Positions 55,011 through 64,000 of a stretch of DNA of 64,000 nt are shown here, in pieces. Position numbers and translations under genes: made by a program. Location: positions 1 through 64,000 of IMG/VR virus record IMGVR_UViG_3300041405_000166; one strand, written 5' to 3'. Source of the stretch: a virus. The notes under the pieces are model-generated. The model had not been told where the DNA came from and searched no databases. It was given only the letters and a program-made list of their open reading frames with translations. Positions within the stretch are counted from its first letter, which is position 1. The number at the start of each line of letters is the position of its first letter.

Positions 55011-57800
55011 ATGGCACGAAAAGAGCTACCCCGCATTGACCGGGACAAAATCCTGGCCGCGGTCGATATCGTTGAAGTGATCACCGGCTACGGCGTGGGT
55101 CTGAAGAAGTCCGGCAAAGAGTGGGAGGCCTGCTGCCCGTTCCACAAAGAGCGCACGCCGAGCTTCAAGGTCGTTCCGGACAAACAAATTTATTACTGCC
55201 ACGGCTGCGGCGCGGGCGGTGACGCGATTCGGTTTGTCACTGACTTCGAGCAGATGAGTTTCGTCGACGCCTGCAAGGTGCTGTCGGGCGGCGATCTGCG
55301 CCAGGTGAACAATCTGACGCCAGTGCAGCGCGACTCGGTAAAGGTGAATGCCCAGCCGGAATGGGAGCCGATTATTCCTGTGCCTGAAGGCGTGCCGGAT
55401 GCGACCTTCATTTACCGCCGGATGATCGATGGCGAGTGGCAGGAATTCCCGATCCAAACGATTTACCCATACCGCGACATGGGCAGTCAGCTGATCGGCT
55501 ATGTCGTGCGCTTCCTGCATCCAGTCACTGGAAAAAAGGAACTGATGCCGCTGGTGTGGGCCCGCAACACCGAGGACAACCGCGAGGCCTGGCGTTGGCT
55601 GTCGTTCCCGAAACCACGCCCGCTGTACGGCCTTGATCGGCTGGTGCAGTTCGACAGCAAGGTTCCCGTGCTGCTGGTCGAGGGCGAGAAGTGCGTCGAC
55701 GTAGGCGCCAGTGTCGTCCATCAGATCCCAATCGTGTCCTGGCCGGGCGGCGGTAAAGCGATTCGTTATGTCGATTTCAGTCCGCTGGCGGGGCGCAAGG
55801 TCATTCTGTGGCGGGATGCCGACATCCCGGGCTACCAGACCACCTACGGCTGGTTTAGCGAAGACGGCGAGCTGAACAAAGGCCTGGTGCAGCTGCTGCA
55901 AGAAGCCGGCGTGGCCGGGATCATGTGTGTCGAACCGCCTGATGGTTCGCCAGATGGCTGGGATATCGCCGACGCGATCGAGGTCGACGGCTGGGACAAT
56001 GCGCACACGCTGGCCTATATCAAGGCGCATGCGGGAAAACCACTCGAGCCGCTGCCGCACTATGACGGTAACGATGAAGAAATCCCGGACCTGTACGAAG
56101 GTGAGGCCGAAGGCGCCAGCGTCGATGAAGAGGAAGAATTCAAGGACCCGGTCAGCGACGAATACATTGAAGTGTTCGACGACGAAGATGATCCGTACCG
56201 CCCATTGGGTTATGACCATGGTTCGTTCTTCTACTTGGCCAAGGGTTCGCGCCAGGTGCATGAACTGACCGCGTCGGGCCACTCGAAACAGGCGCTACTG
56301 GCCATGGCTCCGTTGTCACACTGGGAAGCGCGCTACCCAGGCGCTACCAGCCGCGTATCCTGGGACATGGCGATCAATGCCCTGATGCGAATGTGTGAGG
56401 CCGAGGGCATCTATGACCCTGACCGCATTCGCGGGCGTGGCGCCTGGTGGGACAGTGGGCGCTCGGTGTTGCACCTCGGTTCGCACCTGATCGTGGACGG
56501 CACCGTTTGCCAGCTGCGCGACGTGGACGGCTGGCACATTTACGAGCATTCGCGCGCCATGCTGGTGGACATCGACCATCCATTGAGCGCCCGCGAAGCG
56601 TACAAGGTGATCGAGATCTGCAAGATGATGCAGTGGGAAAAACCGATCGATGCTTACCTGTTCGCCGGCTTCATCATGCTGGCGGCGATTTGCGGCTCGC
56701 TGGACTGGCGCCCGCATATCTGGCTCACGGGCGGTGGCGGTACCGGTAAATCCTGGGCGATCACTAACATCCTGTCGCGGTGCCTGGATGGGTTCGCGCT
56801 GAATGCGCTGTCATCGACCACCGAAGCGGGTATCCGTCAGGCCCTGGGACACGACGCGCGCCCGGTGATCTTCGACGAAGCCGAAGGCGAGGACGCTGGA
56901 GCTCAGCAGCGGATCCAGAACATCATGCAGCTGATGCGTCAGGCTTCCAGTGAATCCGGCGGCGAGATCCTGAAAGGCAGCGCCGGGGGTAAACACCAGT
57001 CGTTCCGCATCCGTTCGATGTTCGCGTTCTCCTCGATCGGCGTCGCGGTGCACCAGTACTCCGACAAAACCCGGGTATCGGTCCTGCAGCTGCGCGTAGA
57101 TCAATCCCAAAGCCAGGAAGCCCGTGCGGAGCAGTTCTCCAAACTGGAAGAGCTGACCTTTGGCACGCTGACCGATGAGTTCGTGCAAAGCCTGCATGCT
57201 CGTTCGATTCGCATGATCGGGATCATTCGCGAAAACGCGAAGACCTTCGCCAAGGCCGGTGCCCGTGTTTTGGGTCAGCAACGGCTGGGCGACCAGATTG
57301 GGGCCTTGCTCGCCGGTGCCTATGCGTTGCACTCGAACAACGTGGTCACCATTGAAGAAGCGCAGAAGTGGATTGAAGGCCAGGAGTGGGAAGAAGAAAA
57401 CAGCCTGAACGAGCAGCGCGACGAGTTCTCGCTGATGGCCAGGCTGATGAGCCAGCAAGTGAAAGTGCTCGGCGCGCAAGGCAGCAACCTGGATCGAACC
57501 TTGGGCGAGTTGGTCGGCCTGGCGTCTGGGATGGAAACCGATCCTGAGGTCTATGTGCAGACGGCGAAAGAGTCGTTGATGCGCTACGGCGTCAAGCTGT
57601 CGGACGACCGCTCCGGCGTGATCATCTCCAACCAGCATGATGCGATCGGCAAGATTCTGCGCGACAGTCCATGGCCTAACAACTGGGGCAAGATCATCAA
57701 GCGGATACCGGGCGCAGTTCCTACGACCAAGACCGAATATTTCGGCGTTGGCGCTGTCTCACGAGCGGTAATGGTGCCAATTACGGCGCTGATGGGATGA
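55011..57800 (+). CDS. DNA primase-helicase (CHC2 zinc finger + TOPRIM + P-loop ATPase)
   Basis: CPFHKERTPSF..YCHGC, LVEGEK, DAD, GWDIAD, GGGGTGKS, IFDEAE; start ATG 55011. Confidence 0.88.
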   Translation: MARKELPRIDRDKILAAVDIVEVITGYGVGLKKSGKEWEACCPFHKERTPSFKVVPDKQIYYCHGCGAGGDAIRFVTDFEQMSFVDACKVLSGGDLRQVNNLTPVQRDSVKVNAQPEWEPIIPVPEGVPDATFIYRRMIDGEWQEFPIQTIYPYRDMGSQLIGYVVRFLHPVTGKKELMPLVWARNTEDNREAWRWLSFPKPRPLYGLDRLVQFDSKVPVLLVEGEKCVDVGASVVHQIPIVSWPGGGKAIRYVDFSPLAGRKVILWRDADIPGYQTTYGWFSEDGELNKGLVQLLQEAGVAGIMCVEPPDGSPDGWDIADAIEVDGWDNAHTLAYIKAHAGKPLEPLPHYDGNDEEIPDLYEGEAEGASVDEEEEFKDPVSDEYIEVFDDEDDPYRPLGYDHGSFFYLAKGSRQVHELTASGHSKQALLAMAPLSHWEARYPGATSRVSWDMAINALMRMCEAEGIYDPDRIRGRGAWWDSGRSVLHLGSHLIVDGTVCQLRDVDGWHIYEHSRAMLVDIDHPLSAREAYKVIEICKMMQWEKPIDAYLFAGFIMLAAICGSLDWRPHIWLTGGGGTGKSWAITNILSRCLDGFALNALSSTTEAGIRQALGHDARPVIFDEAEGEDAGAQQRIQNIMQLMRQASSESGGEILKGSAGGKHQSFRIRSMFAFSSIGVAVHQYSDKTRVSVLQLRVDQSQSQEARAEQFSKLEELTFGTLTDEFVQSLHARSIRMIGIIRENAKTFAKAGARVLGQQRLGDQIGALLAGAYALHSNNVVTIEEAQKWIEGQEWEEENSLNEQRDEFSLMARLMSQQVKVLGAQGSNLDRTLGELVGLASGMETDPEVYVQTAKESLMRYGVKLSDDRSGVIISNQHDAIGKILRDSPWPNNWGKIIKRIPGAVPTTKTEYFGVGAVSRAVMVPITALMG

Positions 57801-57837
57801 TTTACCTGTTGCATATCTTTGCACTTGCGATAGCATA

Positions 57838-58473
57838 ATGAAAACGGAGCGCGTTATGTCAGAGGTTACGATGCGGATCTATTCGGGCGACAATGAGGAC
57901 CGCGCGTTCCTGAAGGGGGACATCATCCAGCACACGCACGGTCATGTGCTAATGGTGAATGTCGTCCGCTGTGGCTCGCACCTGCTTAAATGCTCAAAGC
58001 TGAATATCGAGGAACGCTGTGCTATCTCGCGCAGCACAACGGACGATCCTTGGCTGCCGGCCGATCAGTGCTGGTTGCTGATGCGCCCGAGCGATTTGTC
58101 GATTGGTTCGGCTGAGTTCATTGCTGCGCACGGTGAGTTTTTCCCGGATAACAGCGGAAAACCGACGCGCTACAAAAGCTGGCTCGAAGTCTATCGCGAT
58201 GAAGAAACGGGCGAAGTCTGTGCCGATCTGATGGGCCGACACTTCGATAAGCTGCTCGATGCGGTCGTATTCCTTGAGCAAATGTCGGATGAGGCCAGGG
58301 CCGCGTTGGCGCTGATCGCCAACAATTCCGACAAGCCAGGTACCACCAAGTTTTGTGGCGAGTGCGGCTGTTTGCAGCTGGTGATGCTCAGTTCTCAAAA
58401 CGAAAAGCACTGTTCATCCTGCGGGCACGTCATGACGTGGGAATTAGCAGCTGGCCAGAAACCGGCCATTTAA
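57838..58473 (+). CDS. Hypothetical protein with C-terminal zinc ribbon
   Basis: CGEC...CSSC. Confidence 0.65.
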   Translation: MKTERVMSEVTMRIYSGDNEDRAFLKGDIIQHTHGHVLMVNVVRCGSHLLKCSKLNIEERCAISRSTTDDPWLPADQCWLLMRPSDLSIGSAEFIAAHGEFFPDNSGKPTRYKSWLEVYRDEETGEVCADLMGRHFDKLLDAVVFLEQMSDEARAALALIANNSDKPGTTKFCGECGCLQLVMLSSQNEKHCSSCGHVMTWELAAGQKPAI

Positions 58474-58506
58474 CGGGCAAAGCCCATATAAAACGGAGCA
58501 CTACCT

Positions 58507-58941
58507 ATGTCGAAGTACTGGAAGTTCACGAACCGGATTTTATTCACCCTGGCGCTGGTCGCGCTGCCGGCGATTAACTTCTTTACCGGTTCCGAGCTGG
58601 CGGGGAATCTGGCCAATTTCGTGTTGGCCCTGTTGATTGTGCTGCTGTGTATGGGCATTGGCACAACCTTGGATGAAAGCACCAAGGCGGCCAGTGGTTC
58701 GCTGAGCGAAGAGAAATTGGTCAAGTTTGTGGAGACCTTCAGGCCGCTCGATGACATTGAACAAACCCTGTTCAAGTTGTCCAGAGCGGCCTGGGTTGTT
58801 GGTCTGCTCGTGATGGCTGCCTGCGGTTACGAGTGGTTCGCCGGTTTCATCCTGGTGACATGGCTGTTCTGGGTGACATCGATGTCGATTGCTCGTGACC
58901 GTGCCGACGCTCTTCGTTCTAACGTTTCGAAGGCGGCCTGA
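58507..58941 (+). CDS. Hypothetical membrane protein
   Basis: About four hydrophobic segments; GGAG RBS. Confidence 0.7.
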   Translation: MSKYWKFTNRILFTLALVALPAINFFTGSELAGNLANFVLALLIVLLCMGIGTTLDESTKAASGSLSEEKLVKFVETFRPLDDIEQTLFKLSRAAWVVGLLVMAACGYEWFAGFILVTWLFWVTSMSIARDRADALRSNVSKAA

Positions 58942-58943
58942 TC

Positions 58944-59876
58944 ATGAACTTCACTCATCTGAAAAACGCGATCGTCTTCAAAGCGGAACTGCCGAACGCC
59001 AAGGACCTGGAAACGCACCTGCTCGAGCGCCCGTTCGATGAGCTGCCGGAAAACATGCTGTCGCGCTCGGGCTTCGTGCCGAACAGCTTTACCGGTGAGT
59101 TGGTGACCACGTTCGAGGGCGGTTACGCCTTCACCCTGCGCGAAGACAGCAAGGTCTTGCCGATGAACCTGGTCAAGGCCGAGGCCACCAGGATCGTCAA
59201 GGAAGCCGAAAAGAGCAGTGGCGTCCGGCTGAAGAAGGTTGAGCGCGACGCGATCGCCGAGCAGACCCTGGCCTTGATGTGCAAAAAGGCCCTGGTCGAA
59301 TCCCAGTACACGACGTGCTTCTATCACATTGGCGAAAAGCTGCTGATCGTACCCACGGCCGGCAAGGCGATGGCCCGCATGATCGTCGGTGTGCTGGTAC
59401 ATGTGGTGGGGTCGGTGAAGACCACCACCATCCATATCAGCGACATCAAAAACGGCCTGACCACGCGCCTGAAAAACCACCTGGAAGGCCAGCCGCAAGC
59501 GTTCGGCGAACTGCTGCTGGGTAACCTGGTTGAGCTGAAGAAGAAGGGCCAAAAAAGCCAGAAGGTCAGCTACCAGCTCGACGACCTGGCGGCGGGTAAA
59601 ACCGGCCTGATCGAGGCGCTGGAAAACAAACTTGAGGTCCATTCGATCCGCTTCGAGCACGGCGAGATCGAGTTCAAGTTGAATGATGAGTTCCAGTTCA
59701 GCAGCATCAATTTCGCCAGCGATCCGGAGTACGACAGCAGCGAGCTGGAAGACACCGCGCACGTCTGGAGACATGAGGCATCGATTCAGCTGCTGGAGCT
59801 GGTCGGCGCGATCACTCACATCTGCGACCTGCTGGGCTACAAACCGCCAGTGGACGAAGAGGACGAAGCGGCATGA
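58944..59876 (+). CDS. rdgC: Recombination-associated protein RdgC (phage type)
   Basis: KNAIVF, RSGFVP, R.D.KVLP...VK; ~310 aa. Confidence 0.8.
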   Translation: MNFTHLKNAIVFKAELPNAKDLETHLLERPFDELPENMLSRSGFVPNSFTGELVTTFEGGYAFTLREDSKVLPMNLVKAEATRIVKEAEKSSGVRLKKVERDAIAEQTLALMCKKALVESQYTTCFYHIGEKLLIVPTAGKAMARMIVGVLVHVVGSVKTTTIHISDIKNGLTTRLKNHLEGQPQAFGELLLGNLVELKKKGQKSQKVSYQLDDLAAGKTGLIEALENKLEVHSIRFEHGEIEFKLNDEFQFSSINFASDPEYDSSELEDTAHVWRHEASIQLLELVGAITHICDLLGYKPPVDEEDEAA

Positions 59877-60190
59877 GGATCGATCATAAGAACAGGTTTG
59901 CTGGGATCCTGTTGAGTAATGGCCGGGTGATGAAGCCAGAAGATATTCATGCTCGACTCGACGACGAACTGCATAAGCTGATCATCCGTGACGGTGTTGG
60001 CCCTGTCGCGACCGCCATCATTGATCTGCTGTGCGATCACAACCGCATGCAAAAAACCCTCAGCGATTTATCATCCGCTGCGGCTACAATGGCTGCCGCA
60101 TCCGAACTGGTTCACGACGTTATCGAGAGCCGAACCCACCGCGCCCACCTTCCGGCTGGCGTGACCGAAGACAAGGAAATTTTATCTTGA
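59873..60190 (+). CDS. Hypothetical protein
   Basis: 105 aa, ATGA overlap. Confidence 0.65.
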   Translation: MRIDHKNRFAGILLSNGRVMKPEDIHARLDDELHKLIIRDGVGPVATAIIDLLCDHNRMQKTLSDLSSAAATMAAASELVHDVIESRTHRAHLPAGVTEDKEILS

Positions 60191-60651
60191 GCGAACATCT
60201 CTACTACATCCCGTACACCGCGATTCGCCCAGGCACTGCCGCGGTAGCAGCCGTTGAAGCCACCGATGAGCAGGAAGGTTCACCGGCTATCCCGGCCATG
60301 GCCACCCATCGCATCTTCAGCGCGATCAATATTGCGTTGGACGAAGCTATCAGCGACGGCATGCAACTGGTGCAGATCGCCGCCATGATCAACGAGCAGG
60401 ACGGCGTTCTCGATGCCACGCCGCAAGGCTTCTTCCTGTTGCGCGGTGCTGAGCAGGCCTTGGCCCTGGAAGCGCTGGCCGGTGATGTTCGCCAGCTGAT
60501 CATCGACGGTTACATGGGCGGCCTGGCCGCGGCCAAGTCGGAGTTCGCCGGTCCTAAGACGGCTGAGGTCTGGGCCGACAAGGCACTGTCTGGCTTCAGC
60601 AAGCAAGCACCGGCTGAAGAAGTCCAGGAAGTTGAACATCAGCCGGTATAA
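60187..60651 (+). CDS. Hypothetical protein
   Basis: TTG start after AAGGA, overlapping the previous stop; ends before a terminator. Confidence 0.6.
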   Translation: MSEHLYYIPYTAIRPGTAAVAAVEATDEQEGSPAIPAMATHRIFSAINIALDEAISDGMQLVQIAAMINEQDGVLDATPQGFFLLRGAEQALALEALAGDVRQLIIDGYMGGLAAAKSEFAGPKTAEVWADKALSGFSKQAPAEEVQEVEHQPV

Positions 60652-60667
60652 ATACCGACAGCAGGAC

Positions 60668-60696
60668 AAAAAACCCGGTTAATCGCCGGGTTTTTT
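60668..60696 (+). terminator. Rho-independent terminator
   Basis: AAAAAACCCGG-ttaatcg-CCGGGTTTTTT. Confidence 0.85.
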
Positions 60697-60767
60697 CATG
60701 TCTGTGTGTTTGCTTTTTGATGTTATGGCTGTAAGCTTCCACAACGGCACAATGAAAAGGCGTCAGC

Positions 60768-60920
60768 ATGTCCCGCATGATCATCGACAGAAGAGGCCGC
60801 AAGGCCGTGTCAGCGTTGCAGCGCATGCGGGTGACGTACTGCCCTGTTTGCCAGACGAACTATGCGCAGCTGCACCACGCAAGCTGCCCAACCTGTAAGG
60901 AGAAAGCCAAAGATGAATGA
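60768..60920 (+). CDS. Small zinc-ribbon protein, 50 aa (not in ORF track)
   Basis: MSRMIIDRRGRK...CPVC...CPTCKEKAKDE; AAGG RBS. Confidence 0.65.
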   Translation: MSRMIIDRRGRKAVSALQRMRVTYCPVCQTNYAQLHHASCPTCKEKAKDE

Positions 60921-61581
60921 GAAACCGATTTTGTTCAGTGGGGCGATGGTGCGGGCCATTATGGAAGGCCGGAAGACAGTGACGCGCCGTCCTCATGGGC
61001 TTGATGAGTTGAACCTGAATATGCCTGACATCTACAGGCTTGAAGGGGTTGGCAAAAAATCTGGTACCGCTGAGTTTTCTCACGGTGAAGAATTTGAGCA
61101 TCGCTTTGATGTTCGTTGCCCGTTTGGTGAGGTGGGCGATCGCCTGTGGGTCCGCGAGTCGTATCAGGTCAGCAAAAAATACGATGACGTGCCGCCTCGC
61201 GATATCCCTTGGGATCGCGGTGTCAGCACCTACTTTGCCGCCGGTGGTTCCCGTGCACATGACGATACCGGGGCCTATGTGAATGAGGACACCATCTGTT
61301 TTCCGGACTGGGTAGGCAAGATGCGGCCTTCTATTCATATGCCGCGCTTGGCGTGCCGGACCGTGCTCGAAGTGGTGAGTGTCAAGGTCGAGCGCCTGCA
61401 GGACATCAGCAACGAACAGGCCGAGGCCGAAGGTGTCGACTTTCTGCGTGCCGCGCCTGACTGCGATGAAACGCTGACGGCCGCTCAGCTGTTCGATTGT
61501 CTCTGGTCATCCATCAACGGCGATGAAAGTTGGGCCGCTAATCCATGGGTGTGGGTCGTCGAATTCAAGGTGGTCGCATGA
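60913..61581 (+). CDS. ASCH/PUA-like conserved phage protein
   Basis: PILFSGAMVRAI..GRKTVTRR, CPFG..GDRLWVRE, PSIHMPR, NPWVWVVEF. Confidence 0.75.
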   Translation: MNEKPILFSGAMVRAIMEGRKTVTRRPHGLDELNLNMPDIYRLEGVGKKSGTAEFSHGEEFEHRFDVRCPFGEVGDRLWVRESYQVSKKYDDVPPRDIPWDRGVSTYFAAGGSRAHDDTGAYVNEDTICFPDWVGKMRPSIHMPRLACRTVLEVVSVKVERLQDISNEQAEAEGVDFLRAAPDCDETLTAAQLFDCLWSSINGDESWAANPWVWVVEFKVVA

Positions 61582-62384
61582 GCGAGCTATTTCCTTGGAA
61601 GGCGGACGACGTCTGCGCAGCCTTGCGCCTGCGGTACCCGACCACCGAATATGCGATCGCCTTCGAGGTTCCTCACGAAGTCGGCGGCGGTAATCGTCGG
61701 GCCGATTGCGTGGTGATGAACCTGTGGCGTTCCCGCGGGTTGGAAATCATCGGCTTCGAGGTCAAGGTCAGTCGCAGCGATTGGCTGAGCGAACTGAAGA
61801 AGCCGGAAAAGGCCGATTCCCTGGCGCGCTACTGCGATCGCTGGTACCTGGTGATCAGCGACATGAAGATTATCAAGGACGGCGAGCTGCCACCGGCCTG
61901 GGGATTGTTGTGCCGCAAGGGCGATCGCCTGGTGGAAGTGGTGAAGGCGCCGAAACAGAAACCGGTATCGCTTGATCGCCCGTTTCTCGCGTCCATGCTG
62001 CGGGCCAACGGTGGTGCTTCAGCCGAAGAGATAAAGGCCCTGGTCAATGCGCAGCTGAAGGAAGCGGTTGACCGCCAGACCGGCTACCAGGAAGGCATGA
62101 CCAAGCGCGTGCAGCAGGAACTGGACGAGTTGCGCAACGTCGTCAAAGAGTTCGAGCAGCACAGTGGGCTCACCATTCACGGCAAATACCGATGGAACAA
62201 TTCCGCCGAGAAGACCGGCGCAGCGGTGAAGTTTCTGGTCGAGGGCGGCATGGACAGGGTGCCCGCCAGCCTGGCCCAGGTCGAAAGCACCGTTCAATCC
62301 TTGTTGGCCAGCATTCAATCGGCACGCGCAGCGGTCGAGATCACCACCGAACAAACAGGAGCACCATCCGATGGCACAAATTGA
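61578..62384 (+). CDS. PD-(D/E)XK nuclease-like (MmcB-like) protein
   Basis: FEV, RADC, GFEVKVSRSDW..EL..P.K, ELP..WGL. Confidence 0.7.
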   Translation: MSELFPWKADDVCAALRLRYPTTEYAIAFEVPHEVGGGNRRADCVVMNLWRSRGLEIIGFEVKVSRSDWLSELKKPEKADSLARYCDRWYLVISDMKIIKDGELPPAWGLLCRKGDRLVEVVKAPKQKPVSLDRPFLASMLRANGGASAEEIKALVNAQLKEAVDRQTGYQEGMTKRVQQELDELRNVVKEFEQHSGLTIHGKYRWNNSAEKTGAAVKFLVEGGMDRVPASLAQVESTVQSLLASIQSARAAVEITTEQTGAPSDGTN

Positions 62385-63303
62385 GCGCAGCGGGAAGATC
62401 ACCAAAAGCGAAGCCAGCCTGCATATCCTCGAGGAAGGTCGTCCTAGTGATTTCAGGGAAGGCGAGGCCTGGGAGCACATATATAAAAATCAGGTATTCA
62501 AGCGCGTCGTGTGGATGTTGAATCAGCTTGGCTGGACATTGACCATGCCGGAGGTAGAGCCGTATGCGAAGAAGGCCTATGGTAAGTACGCGATCGAATC
62601 CGCTAGGCGCAAGCGTTTCTGCCAGAAAGGCGACCTGAAAGCCGATCTTGAAATGTCGCACCAATCGATCGAGCTGAAGTTCTTTCAAAGCCTAAACACG
62701 CCGGACCGGGCTGACCATGAAGGCCGGTACCAGAATGACAAAGAGCTGCACATGACCTACATGATGCGCCTGGAGATGGAGCGCACGCGCAATCGGATCA
62801 CCACCTACCTGTGCAATGTGTTCACTGGTTACCAGGTTGAACAGGAGTACCGGCCGAAGGTCGGGCCGAAGGGAATCACCGCGCTCGAATGGAAAGACAT
62901 GGAAATCCGGCGCAGTGGGCACTTTGTCGAGGCGCTCGGCCACGCGCGCATCCACTGCAAGCGCAGCGAGACCGGTCGAGACGGCGGTACCATTGTTCAC
63001 GGGGCGACCGTCTGGTTCAGGGACTGGCGGACCAAGCGGGTTTTCCGTGGGACCGCGTTCTATAGCCTGAATGATTCGTGGAAGATCATTTACGGGAAAT
63101 ACGCGTACACCGTGTGCCAGATCCAGGACATCTATACCAAGCCGCCGGAGACCTTACGGATTCGCTGCGAGCGTGCGCGGGCTTCTCGGCTCAAGAGTGA
63201 AATCAGCACTGCGGTCAAGGCCATGAATTATGAGCGGGCGGCGAAGCTGCGCGACATCCTGTATCCGGATGGCGTGCCAGTCAAAGAAGGAGACGCGGCA
63301 TGA
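62371..63303 (+). CDS. Hypothetical protein with C-terminal UVR-like motif
   Basis: AVKAMNYERAAKLRD. Confidence 0.7.
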   Translation: MAQIERSGKITKSEASLHILEEGRPSDFREGEAWEHIYKNQVFKRVVWMLNQLGWTLTMPEVEPYAKKAYGKYAIESARRKRFCQKGDLKADLEMSHQSIELKFFQSLNTPDRADHEGRYQNDKELHMTYMMRLEMERTRNRITTYLCNVFTGYQVEQEYRPKVGPKGITALEWKDMEIRRSGHFVEALGHARIHCKRSETGRDGGTIVHGATVWFRDWRTKRVFRGTAFYSLNDSWKIIYGKYAYTVCQIQDIYTKPPETLRIRCERARASRLKSEISTAVKAMNYERAAKLRDILYPDGVPVKEGDAA

Positions 63304-63833
63304 TGACCATCGAGGAGCGTAAAGCGTTCGCCAAACTGATCAGGCCGGCAGTAAAGGGCCAGTCGGACAAATTCAGTTGGCGGCTATTTCAGCGCGAGTC
63401 GATCCGCGGTAAAGAGCGGGTGTATATCATGGCCTACCACCTGGTCACTGGGATGCCGCGCACTCCTGACCTGGAGGCCTTGAAGGTCGGCGACGGTTCG
63501 CAGATGAGCCTGCTGATGGTTGGCGAAAAAATCGAAGAGTCCGGTTGGTTCCATGGCTCGCAGCTGCAGCATGTTGTTCGAAAGGGAATGCAGAAGGTCG
63601 ACCAGTCGTGGGCCTATGGCCCGATGTTCAACACGAAGAACTGGCTCGATATCACCGATTGGTTTTGGACGCAGTACATGCTGCGCGGACGGTGCATCTT
63701 TATGCACGACGTCCATGCTCACTCGTGGATCAAAATCAATAAGAATGCCCGCAAGTGCGAATGGTGCAGTCAGCACCAGCGCCGCACCGTGGTCACCGAA
63801 AAAACAATCACTCGAAAGGAACGTTGGTCATGA
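63300..63833 (+). CDS. Hypothetical protein
   Basis: 177 aa, ATGA overlaps, C-terminal CEWC. Confidence 0.65.
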   Translation: MMTIEERKAFAKLIRPAVKGQSDKFSWRLFQRESIRGKERVYIMAYHLVTGMPRTPDLEALKVGDGSQMSLLMVGEKIEESGWFHGSQLQHVVRKGMQKVDQSWAYGPMFNTKNWLDITDWFWTQYMLRGRCIFMHDVHAHSWIKINKNARKCEWCSQHQRRTVVTEKTITRKERWS

Positions 63834-64000
63834 GCGAGAAAGCAGTAGTAATTGATCTGGATGCGATCGAGAAGGCGGCGAAGGCGGCACTGCAAGAGCC
63901 GGTGTCTACGGCGTTCCTGGTGAAGACGAACGATGAACTGAATGCCTGGATGGGTTCGTTCTACGCGGACGATGCCGAGACTGATGCTTACCGGCTCCAT
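63830..64000 (+). CDS. Hypothetical protein, 3'-partial (Ead/Ea22-like N-terminus)
   Basis: MSEKAVVIDLDAIEKAAKAA..., open to the window end. Confidence 0.55.
   Translation, partial: MSEKAVVIDLDAIEKAAKAALQEPVSTAFLVKTNDELNAWMGSFYADDAETDAYRLH

Noticed and set aside
13547-58905. Other TCGTGAC occurrences (13547, 21609, ~58893)
   Set aside because: They lack the NAnnnT hexamer at the fixed spacing and do not lie at gene starts.

Overview
This window is a contiguous part of a GC-rich, contractile-tailed (myovirus-type) phage or prophage genome. The host is most likely Pseudomonas, inferred from the mcl-PHA depolymerase phaZ and the Pseudomonas-phage-type accessory ORFs. In order it contains: (i) a leftward early cluster with a small alarmone (ppGpp) hydrolase; (ii) a block of putative virion-packaged 'polyvalent' proteins: MuF/gp7, an SGNH esterase, an InPase + ADP-ribosyltransferase-like protein, a 1982-aa DarB-like methylase-SNF2 helicase and a second ~1517-aa SNF2 helicase; (iii) between the two helicases, a ~1.4-kb island with no convincing CDS, densely packed with structured RNA modules around an initiator tRNA-fMet, followed by HU; (iv) a DNA methyltransferase with an in-frame LAGLIDADG domain; (v) head, neck, tail and baseplate genes, interrupted by an inverted moron carrying phaZ; (vi) lysis genes; (vii) divergent recombination and replication operons, RdgC and accessory genes. 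No terminase, portal, integrase, partition system or CRISPR array is recognisable here. The main non-obvious signals are: a phage-specific late promoter motif (TCGTGAC-NN-[-10]) whose genes are either leaderless or have the RBS locked in a hairpin that only promoter-proximal transcripts escape; the structured-RNA island; a recurrent hydrophobic-x-K-A/S putative maturation signal plus beta-clamp-like motifs on the giant enzymes; a PA-X-like +1 frameshift site; and a phage-borne PHA depolymerase. All assignments come from reading motifs by eye; no database searches or folding programs were run.
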